Virus record (IMG/VR): IMGVR_UViG_3300031413_000001
Direction: 5' to 3' (one strand)
DNA: 64,000 nucleotides
Source: a virus
Lineage: Duplodnaviria > Heunggongvirae > Uroviricota > Caudoviricetes
Part shown: piece after piece, positions 18,945-26,255 of the stretch
How the letters are laid out: every line of letters begins with the position of its first letter
Numbering within the stretch: the stretch's first letter is position 1
Notes under the pieces: model-generated
Told to the model about the DNA's origin: nothing
What the model saw: only the letters and a program-made list of their open reading frames with translations
Databases searched by the model: none
Program-made: the position numbers and the translations under genes

Positions 18945-19315
18945 AGCCAGGTAAGTTTGAACAACATGGCCTGATCCTTCCGCCGGAAGTAGATCCAGTT
19001 CCAGTGCTCTTTGTACTTTCCACTTGCGTTTTGTGGCATCAGGACAAAGTCGTCATCTGACAGATTGGCCTTGATCCAATCCATCATGGCCAGTTCCTGC
19101 GAGTCATCAACGGATCGGCCAATAAAGGCAACTGGCATGCCATGTGGGTGATCTTTGATCTCTTCCTCAAAGTTCATTTCGCTCTGACGAAGAAGTAGCT
19201 CACGCATCTGGAGGAAGAGCGAAGCACCATCAGCCCCCGGTTTGGAAAACTGGTCCTGAACCGCCTGGATCTTCTTGAGGATTTCCTCGTCGAAGTTTTC
19301 GTAGACGTTGCTCAT
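18941..19315 (-). CDS. FKLxW-motif family protein
   Basis: DWIKANL...IYFRRKDQAMLFKLTWL. Confidence 0.8.
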   Translation of the reverse strand: MSNVYENFDEEILKKIQAVQDQFSKPGADGASLFLQMRELLLRQSEMNFEEEIKDHPHGMPVAFIGRSVDDSQELAMMDWIKANLSDDDFVLMPQNASGKYKEHWNWIYFRRKDQAMLFKLTWL

Positions 19316-19608
19316 CGTCCACCCCACGTGAGCTTGATGTACGTGGCAGATCCCAGATCGTTCAAGAACAGAATGGGTTCCATAGACTGAAGGCGACGTT
19401 GTGGGCCTGATGGCATGGTAACAAAGGTCTTCTTGGTATGACGATGGTCGATCGCTTGGATCAAGACCTCGTAATCCACGTTTTCCTTTTTGCCCGACGA
19501 GATCAGCCAGGCTTCCACTTCTTCAAGGACCTCGGTGTTCTTCATGCGAATATGATGTGACCACGGCCCATGCTTTGCCAGCATGTAGAAGAGTGGCTTC
19601 AATGCCAT
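19312..19608 (-). CDS. FKLxW-motif family protein
   Basis: EVEAWLI...LFLNDLGSATYIKLTWG. Confidence 0.75.
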   Translation of the reverse strand: MALKPLFYMLAKHGPWSHHIRMKNTEVLEEVEAWLISSGKKENVDYEVLIQAIDHRHTKKTFVTMPSGPQRRLQSMEPILFLNDLGSATYIKLTWGGR

Positions 19609-19853
19609 GCGAGCTTGAACTTCATCGCATCGTTGTGATCATGGAAGGCAATCCTCAGACCACCATACTCCTTGTGCTCATAGAGGTACCAATGGCTCTT
19701 GACCATGTCCTGGAGCCAGCTCTTTACTTCTGGCACAACGGTAAAGTGGGTTCCATTCCGCTTGATGCTGGTCTTCCGAACGATCAGGTCCGACCGGACT
19801 TCTTCACTGTGGGGACGAACTTTCACTGGAACCTCTTTGTCTAATTGCCACAC
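19599..19853 (-). CDS. FKLxW-motif family protein
   Basis: PEVKSWLQD...IAFHDHNDAMKFKLAWH. Confidence 0.8.
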   Translation of the reverse strand: MWQLDKEVPVKVRPHSEEVRSDLIVRKTSIKRNGTHFTVVPEVKSWLQDMVKSHWYLYEHKEYGGLRIAFHDHNDAMKFKLAWH

Positions 19854-19887
19854 TTTTATTACATGAATAGAACAACGTCAACCGCTG

Positions 19888-20280
19888 TTAGATTCTCAGA
19901 CCCCAAACGTGACTCTTAAACTGGCCAGCCAGCTCACGGGTCTCAAACTGCACAAACCAAGCCTTGCCATCCCACAGTCCCTTTTTGTAGCTGGGAGAGT
20001 GTTCGGCGCCTGGAACGGGCACTAGGACGGGAACAACCTCGGGGGCAAAGTGTTCCAGCCAGACACGCTCCGCATACCGTATATCAATCTTACTGAACAG
20101 CATGTTGCCATGCTCCTTCCAATAGTTGATTGATCGCTTGTACTTGGAAGTCCGACGCCTCTTGATTCGCCGTGCCTTGGCACTTACGGGGCCTCCCCGT
20201 CCACTCAAACTTCTAAGAAATGCCCTGCCGGACATTCTCCGTGCCTTCGTACTCTTGGTGCGACTTTTTCTTTTTGCCAT
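19888..20280 (-). CDS. FKLxW-motif family protein with very basic N-terminus
   Basis: VWLEHF...VQFETRELAGQFKSHVW; K/R-rich first 50 aa. Confidence 0.65.
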   Translation of the reverse strand: MAKRKSRTKSTKARRMSGRAFLRSLSGRGGPVSAKARRIKRRRTSKYKRSINYWKEHGNMLFSKIDIRYAERVWLEHFAPEVVPVLVPVPGAEHSPSYKKGLWDGKAWFVQFETRELAGQFKSHVWGLRI

Positions 20281-20757
20281 TTAGCCCCACGCAAGTTTGA
20301 ACATCAGCGCAATGGATTCCTTCTTGAACAAGAAGACCTCACGCTCCCGCTTGTCAATCTCCACAATGCAGACTTGGTACTTAAAGTTCTGCTCACGAAG
20401 CCATGCAAGGATTGTGCGACGATGAGCAGTTCGTAGCTCAAGTGTTTCTTGATCCATACGGGGCAGGACCCATCGCTTTGCAGGAAGGTTGTCCACATTG
20501 GGAGCGCGAGTGACTTTGATCTCCCCGCCCTTTTGATGGAACTTGGGATCGTACTTGCTTTCCCAAGCCTTCCTCTGTGTGTAGTAACTCTGAGGCTTCA
20601 TGACTTCCTCACCTGGCTCAATGAAGTCATACCAAAATGGCATTGGAAACAGGATCTTGGGGTAGATAACATTACTGAAGGGTTGGAATATGGACTGGCT
20701 GATAGTGGTCTTGCCCATCTGCCGGCCAGCAATAATTGGATAGTGTCGTCCAGACAT
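20281..20757 (-). CDS. FKLxW-motif family protein with N-terminal terminase-like Walker A peptide
   Basis: IIAGRQMGKTT at the N-terminus; AWLREQ...FLFKKESIALMFKLAWG. Confidence 0.75.
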   Translation of the reverse strand: MSGRHYPIIAGRQMGKTTISQSIFQPFSNVIYPKILFPMPFWYDFIEPGEEVMKPQSYYTQRKAWESKYDPKFHQKGGEIKVTRAPNVDNLPAKRWVLPRMDQETLELRTAHRRTILAWLREQNFKYQVCIVEIDKREREVFLFKKESIALMFKLAWG

Positions 20758-20859
20758 AGGATCTCGCAAGCTATCGTGTCGATCTTTTCCTGCGATAACT
20801 CAATATAGTACCATGTACTCTGGAGTGCAAGAGTTGAGGGTGGCCGTTAAGCCACCCCC

Positions 20860-21750
20860 TTAGGCATTCCAAACTGGATCGAGAGCCACATCATCGACCG
20901 AGTAATCGTTCTTGCCAGCACTCCTCGAGAATGCTTCCAAGAAACGCTCACGTGCCTCGTCGAAACGATCCGGCATCACGGCCCTGACTTTGTTGACCAG
21001 CTTCTCAAAGGTGTTGACCTCCGAGTGATCCACTGGCGTACCAAACAAGAGTTCCAAGACAGCACTGGGTTCCGTTACGTGGTTCAAGCGAGAGAACCTG
21101 GGAGCACCAGGAACGCTTGTCTCGAACTCGTCTGCGGTCACCACGTTCATGCCCTGACCATCCCGCTTCAGCATCTTCCACTGACGGTACAAGCCCTTTT
21201 CCAAGTCAAAGCGGAAGCCCACTCTTGCGACACGGACTCCATCCTGCAGGAGTTCAAAGTCCTTGTGCATCTTGGCCAACACACCCAACATCGTGGACAA
21301 CATGACACCCTTGTAGGGGCTGTTGTCCTTGCCGGGCGAAAAGTGGCTGAACTTCAACCATTCAGGATTACCGGCCACGAAGTCAACCTGCACAAAACCC
21401 TTCTGAGGATCGCCAGCAACTGGGAAGGCAGTCTGAAACTGACCACCCTTGAGGGTCTTGGTCTGAACATGACCCGGAGGCAAGACTTCCCAAGCACGCT
21501 CGGCGAAAGCCCTCAAGCTGAACACCGGAAGATCGGCCTCACCGTGGAACCGGGCTGCCTTGTTGTTCAAGGCAAAGTCCAGATCGCCGCTGTCGGCCTG
21601 TTTTCCCGCGCTGCCCATCATGTTATCCATGGCGTACGCCATATCAAACCCAGGCATGTTCATTACGGATACAACATGATTTACAGTGGAGACAACATCC
21701 TCCCTTCGGACTCGCACCATCTGCAAGCCCGGAAACGCATTTCCGCCCAT
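20860..21750 (-). CDS. Pol-beta-superfamily nucleotidyltransferase
   Basis: MGGNAF...GSAGKQADSGDLD...VQVDF (hG[GS]x7-13DxD plus a third Asp). Confidence 0.7.
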   Translation of the reverse strand: MGGNAFPGLQMVRVRREDVVSTVNHVVSVMNMPGFDMAYAMDNMMGSAGKQADSGDLDFALNNKAARFHGEADLPVFSLRAFAERAWEVLPPGHVQTKTLKGGQFQTAFPVAGDPQKGFVQVDFVAGNPEWLKFSHFSPGKDNSPYKGVMLSTMLGVLAKMHKDFELLQDGVRVARVGFRFDLEKGLYRQWKMLKRDGQGMNVVTADEFETSVPGAPRFSRLNHVTEPSAVLELLFGTPVDHSEVNTFEKLVNKVRAVMPDRFDEARERFLEAFSRSAGKNDYSVDDVALDPVWNA

Positions 21751-21914
21751 GGAAAACCACCCTGAAAGGAGTAAAACCTCGCAGGGTGGCCAAATGTCAC
21801 GTCATCAAAGATGGTGCGCTAGTTAGGACCCTGCCGATCTCAAATAAGGCACCAATATATCATGACGTTTCCTTTGCTTCGAACCACAACTCTATAGTGG
21901 TTGGGTTCCACTTG

Positions 21915-22160
21915 TCAACCTATTGGATTGCTCTCGTTCTTTAGCTTCATCTTGTCTCGAATCAGCTGACGAACTTCCTCGTCGTCGGTCAAGATATCAA
22001 CAACGTCGGGGTGGAGTGCTGCTGAACCGCCACCCATTCCACTGAGCATCCGCTGGGAAACAAAGCACGTCATGACCGCAGCGGTCATGATCTGGCCAGG
22101 CTCTGCTGGGAATATGGGCCGGAGCCCATAAGCGATGATCTTCTTAGCCATAGTTGACAT
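21915..22160 (-). CDS. hypothetical protein
   Basis: Short ORF in the minus-strand operon. Confidence 0.55.
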   Translation of the reverse strand: MSTMAKKIIAYGLRPIFPAEPGQIMTAAVMTCFVSQRMLSGMGGGSAALHPDVVDILTDDEEVRQLIRDKMKLKNESNPIG

Positions 22161-22701
22161 TTCCCCCTGCCTTCACCGAACCATAGACGTCATCGCAGCT
22201 TACGCTGCCGCCGGCTTCCACGTTTCCGCCAACCTCATCACAAGAGACGGAACCGCTTGCCTTGACATCACCGCCCACGTCACCACAGGAAACGGATCCC
22301 TGAGCTGTCACGCTCTCCGTGACATTGCCCGTGATGGTGATCGACTGGTCGCTGGAGACGTTCTTCACATCGCCCTGGACCTTGATCTCTAGAACGGTGG
22401 ACATGTCCACGCCCGACTGATCGGTAACGTCCTTTCCATCAACGATGATGCGTCCACCAACCATCGAGATGTTGTTGCCGTGAAACGTCCGGCCATTGAC
22501 TTGCATTGTTCCCATGCCACTTCCCCTGTTGTTGAATCGCCCGACCACGTCACCGCCGGTCATGTCGCCATTGACGACCCTCGAATTCCTGTGCCCACTT
22601 TTGGCAGCTTTCTGGTAAGCGGCAATCACGATACAGATGCTCGTTCCTGCCATCATACCTAGAACAAAGATGATCGCTTGAAACCAAAACGGAATCATCA
22701 A
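22144..22701 (-). CDS. membrane-anchored protein with beta-solenoid repeats
   Basis: N-terminal TM helix; (A/S)GSVSC(G/D)(D/E)VGG.V repeated three to four times. Confidence 0.7.
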   Translation of the reverse strand: MMIPFWFQAIIFVLGMMAGTSICIVIAAYQKAAKSGHRNSRVVNGDMTGGDVVGRFNNRGSGMGTMQVNGRTFHGNNISMVGGRIIVDGKDVTDQSGVDMSTVLEIKVQGDVKNVSSDQSITITGNVTESVTAQGSVSCGDVGGDVKASGSVSCDEVGGNVEAGGSVSCDDVYGSVKAGGNVNYG

Positions 22702-22790
22702 CTATCTCCCATTGGCGCAAAGGCCAGTATCAACAAGGCAATCACCCCAACGGCCATCATGGCTATGAAGATGATAACGCCGCTGTTCAC
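22698..22790 (-). CDS. 30-aa single-TM peptide (absent from the ORF track)
   Basis: GTG start overlapping the upstream TGA; MNSGVIIFIAMMAVGVIALLILAFAPMGDS. Confidence 0.55.
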   Translation of the reverse strand: MNSGVIIFIAMMAVGVIALLILAFAPMGDS

Positions 22791-23251
22791 AGCCCCAGAG
22801 CCTTCAACTGCTCAATGGTGTCCTCGGCGCTGGTATGCAGGATCGCAACACCGCCGGCTTCAGTCCACCGATTGGTGTTCTTTTCCATGTCGTCGATCAG
22901 GATATCCCCTGGCGCCTTCATGTGCTTGGGCTTGTAACGCGACAAGCAGGTGATGATTGGAACGTGGAGACCAAGCTCACGATTCTTCCAGATGGTCTTG
23001 CCATCGGCGGCCTGCTGCATTCCACTGGATGGACAGCCGCTCAGGATCGTAGGCTCATACTTGGAAATGTAGGCCCACAGCTGAAGTGCACCTGGCATGG
23101 CGGGAAGCTGCTCCCAGTGGGCCATGTTGTCCTTGATGATCTTCCACATCACGAACTCGGGCACCTCATTGTGCTTTTTGCCGTATTGCATCTCGAACCC
23201 TCGTTCGAAATCAACCAGCACTCCATCAAAGTCACAGAATATGTGTGGCAT
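22787..23251 (-). CDS. HAD-superfamily 5'-nucleotidase (NT5C-like)
   Basis: IFCDFDGVLVDF, ILS, ILIDD. Confidence 0.85.
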   Translation of the reverse strand: MPHIFCDFDGVLVDFERGFEMQYGKKHNEVPEFVMWKIIKDNMAHWEQLPAMPGALQLWAYISKYEPTILSGCPSSGMQQAADGKTIWKNRELGLHVPIITCLSRYKPKHMKAPGDILIDDMEKNTNRWTEAGGVAILHTSAEDTIEQLKALGL

Positions 23252-23441
23252 CTTGTCTCCTCTTCATCGATCTTTCTGATTCCCTCTGAATCATTCTGAT
23301 CCCATATATAATAGCTACTCCGGACAGGGCTTACTTGGTACATGCAGATTGCATGTTTTCGGATAGCCCCTTCCAGCGGGCTGAACCGGAATAGCATGGA
23401 AATCCACATATCTCAATTAAGAACTGCCCAGAGGCGCGCCT

Positions 23442-23918
23442 TCAGTCCTTATCTTCCGCTAAGGACTTAGGCAATCCAAAAGTGGGTGGCGCGGGCTGGG
23501 ATGCGGCGTATTTGGCCCGCATGGTGTAGATGCTGCTATGTGGACCCTGCATGGGCGAAATCCCGAGAATATCCTGAGCAATCACGCGAGGCATCACGCG
23601 TCGAATAATGGGCAAGATAACCTTGCCAAAGACCGTCTTCTCATATGGCATACAGGGAACCCACACGAGCTTGAACCACGTGGCGTGCTTGGCATGCTGA
23701 AAGCTGATCAGGGTATCGTATGGGTACTCATTGAACCCCGGATAGCGTTCCTTGTAGTCGAGGCGCATTAGTGAGCTATCGTTGAGATTTGCCTTTATCA
23801 GAAGAGCCTCGAGCTCTTCCATGCGCTCAGGCATCAGATGGAATTGAAAGCCCAGCCTGAAGTGGCGCCTCTTCATCCGACTTGATTTCCAACGAGGCTT
23901 GCTTGAATTGGTTTTCAC
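23442..23918 (-). CDS. FKLxW-motif family protein fused to a major-capsid (gp23 Gol-region)-like peptide
   Basis: ISFQHAKHATWFKLVW followed by VILPIIRRVMPRVIAQDILGISPMQGP..IYTMRAKY; GGAG before the GTG start. Confidence 0.8.
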   Translation of the reverse strand: MKTNSSKPRWKSSRMKRRHFRLGFQFHLMPERMEELEALLIKANLNDSSLMRLDYKERYPGFNEYPYDTLISFQHAKHATWFKLVWVPCMPYEKTVFGKVILPIIRRVMPRVIAQDILGISPMQGPHSSIYTMRAKYAASQPAPPTFGLPKSLAEDKD

Positions 23919-24507
23919 GTCGTATCTCCGAATCGAGCATCATTACATATTGGGACCAGGAGGAGACCTCCATGTTCTCAACCCACTGGTCATACCAGGC
24001 CAGAGGATCACCAGTGGATTCATAATCCAGCATGATGATCTCCTTGCAGGGATTAAGACTCCGGCCTTTGATCTGGTGCATTGTGGGAAAGATGCCAGGA
24101 GTGGTCTGGCTTATCAGAGGCAGAGTCCACGTTGGAGCGTTGGCCGACATTGCGCCACGCCGTTGGGAGCCGGTCATGACTTTGCCAAAATGACTGTTGA
24201 GGGTGAGCTTTCCCATCCAAGTACGCATCTTTTCTGCGTAGTCTATCTTGGCGTCTTCGTTCCAGCTCAGCTTGAAACGGATGGCATCTTGTTTGCTGGT
24301 AAAGCGAACAATGGTCTCTGGGTTCTCATAGAAGGAATATAGTGGAGGCTTGTGGAGACGCCACTTTCGGCCCTTGACCCCAAACGCTTCCCCCAGGAAG
24401 TCCTGTAGCTCAGTTTCCCGCGTTCGCTCTACGAACAAGGAGATCTGATGACCAAACCAGTTTTCACCACGCTGTTCGGGTGTGCGATCTTTGAATGAAT
24501 ATTCCAT
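23827..24507 (-). CDS. FKLxW-motif family protein with a tail of enzyme-motif-like peptides
   Basis: VRFTSKQDAIRFKLSW followed by KLTLNSHFGK, NPCKEI and MLDYESTG. Confidence 0.75.
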   Translation of the reverse strand: MEYSFKDRTPEQRGENWFGHQISLFVERTRETELQDFLGEAFGVKGRKWRLHKPPLYSFYENPETIVRFTSKQDAIRFKLSWNEDAKIDYAEKMRTWMGKLTLNSHFGKVMTGSQRRGAMSANAPTWTLPLISQTTPGIFPTMHQIKGRSLNPCKEIIMLDYESTGDPLAWYDQWVENMEVSSWSQYVMMLDSEIRRENQFKQASLEIKSDEEAPLQAGLSIPSDA

Positions 24508-24548
24508 GTGGGTTTGTTGCGCTCACCCACATGGAAAGTTCAATATTC

Positions 24549-24854
24549 TTAGGGAACAAAAGCCAGCTTGAACATCAGTGCTTTGTTCTTGTCCTGAAAG
24601 CGCACGATGGTAACTGGGGTCAGTCTCCACTTTCCTGCCCAGGGATTTTGGGGTTCGTCCTTGGGCCACTCGTCCCGACGAGAGGTGGAACTAACTCGGT
24701 AGTCCACATGCTTTTGGTCTGAGCTTTCGGCCATGAACTCAATCACACGTTGTTTCATATTGTGGTGCCAGTTGGCACAATCAATATGGATCTCATGTTC
24801 AAAGAACGACCCACCGTTGTGCTTTTCAGGCTTGGTCGCTTGAACGTATTTCAT
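24549..24854 (-). CDS. FKLxW-motif family protein
   Basis: VIEFMAE...VRFQDKNKALMFKLAF. Confidence 0.75.
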   Translation of the reverse strand: MKYVQATKPEKHNGGSFFEHEIHIDCANWHHNMKQRVIEFMAESSDQKHVDYRVSSTSRRDEWPKDEPQNPWAGKWRLTPVTIVRFQDKNKALMFKLAFVP

Positions 24855-25186
24855 TCCGAGAGATCATCCTTGGCTTTTTGCTTCTTATCCCACTTCTTGA
24901 GCTTTCTGTCAATGTCTGCGTTCAACTGCGCGACCTTGTCCTCAAGAGTGACATTCTCCTCGTCGGGCATCTCATGGCAGTAGAGATCCATCGCGACGAT
25001 GATGCAGTCGGTTAGTTCCTCGCGAACATCCTCCCACGTCTTGTTCTTGCCGTTCTTTTCGCTGGAGATGCTTAGGTAGGCCTGACTTGCCTCACCATAC
25101 TCCTCACCCAGCTTGAGCAATCGGCGTGGAAAGATCTCCATGCTCCTCTTACGGTTGGCGTGCCAGATCTTTTCAAAAACGCTCAT
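24851..25186 (-). CDS. MazG-like pyrophosphohydrolase
   Basis: KLGEEYGEASQA...VREELTDCII. Confidence 0.75.
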   Translation of the reverse strand: MSVFEKIWHANRKRSMEIFPRRLLKLGEEYGEASQAYLSISSEKNGKNKTWEDVREELTDCIIVAMDLYCHEMPDEENVTLEDKVAQLNADIDRKLKKWDKKQKAKDDLSE

Positions 25187-25274
25187 TATGTTCTCCTCAT
25201 TGCTACCGATAATTATATGGAGGGCGGTACGTCAATTTTTGACAGACGCCCAAAATGCTTTATAGAGTGGGCTT

Positions 25275-26171
25275 ATGAAAGACTTCTACGCGATCCTAGG
25301 TGTTGAAAAGACAGCAGACGACACGGCACTGAAGAGTGCCTATCGAAAGCTGGCAAAAGAATACCACCCCGACACCAACAAGAGCCCAGGAGCGGAAGCC
25401 CGGTTCAAGGAGGTTAGTGAGGCCTATGAGACGCTGAAGGATCCGCAGAAGCGCGCCCAGCATGATATGATGATGCGATCGGGTCGTCCTGGTCCAGGTC
25501 CCAGTCCAACCGGTGGCAGCGGCGGTGCTTACTCGTGGGCCAACAATCCACACTTCCGCGGTGGACAGCGTGGGCCGGACATTGACATCGAGGAGATCTT
25601 GCGGGACTTGAAGAGATCGCGGGGATCGAGCCCCTTTGCCGAGGACGCCAAGAACCGCGACATCGTACTATCATATAGCATCACGCTGGAAGAGGCCTTT
25701 ACAGGCAAGGACGCAGACATCTCATACAATCTGCCGGGCAAGAACCAGCAGAAGATGCAGTTTAAGATTCCACCCGGCATCCAAGATGGCATCAAGCTTC
25801 GCTTTCAGGGCAAGGGCGATGACCAGATGAAGCACGTGGCTCCCGGCGATCTGTATGTCAAGGTCACCATCGTTCCACATCATTCCTTTATCCGAATGGG
25901 CAACAATCTTCTGACCAGCATCTCAATCGATTATTTTGATGCCCTACTGGGAACCGAGAAGGAAGTGCCCACCATCGACGGAAAGCGGATCAAGATGAAG
26001 GTGCCCGCAGGCATCCTCCCCGGTCAAAGTCTCCGTGCTGGTGGAAAGGGAATGCCCATCAACCCCGACAAGAGGGGCGATATGATGGTCGAGGTAACCT
26101 TTGAGAGCGTAAAGCTGACGTTGGATCAAAAAGATCTGATTGAGCAAGCAAGAAGCAAAAAGAGCCCTTGA
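25275..26171 (+). CDS. DnaJ-class (CbpA-like) co-chaperone without zinc finger
   Basis: J-domain with YHPD, G-rich linker, DnaJ C-terminal domain (GDLYV). Confidence 0.93.
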   Translation: MKDFYAILGVEKTADDTALKSAYRKLAKEYHPDTNKSPGAEARFKEVSEAYETLKDPQKRAQHDMMMRSGRPGPGPSPTGGSGGAYSWANNPHFRGGQRGPDIDIEEILRDLKRSRGSSPFAEDAKNRDIVLSYSITLEEAFTGKDADISYNLPGKNQQKMQFKIPPGIQDGIKLRFQGKGDDQMKHVAPGDLYVKVTIVPHHSFIRMGNNLLTSISIDYFDALLGTEKEVPTIDGKRIKMKVPAGILPGQSLRAGGKGMPINPDKRGDMMVEVTFESVKLTLDQKDLIEQARSKKSP

Positions 26172-26255
26172 CTTCTCTCCTCTAAGCATTATTTAGAAGA
26201 GGACTGAACAAAAAGCGGTTCTCTTCCAGATCGACTACTGTGTGAAGGAGAACGC

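Noticed and set aside
18684-20757. FKLxW arrays as a diversity-generating retroelement or integron
   Set aside because: No reverse transcriptase, integrase, TR/VR pair or attC-like palindromes are seen in the window, and the motif DNA varies synonymously.
23149-23409. 86-aa minus-strand ORF or possible structured RNA at about 23350-23400
   Set aside because: It overlaps the HAD gene start, has no recognisable motif, and the stem is imperfect; support is insufficient either way.
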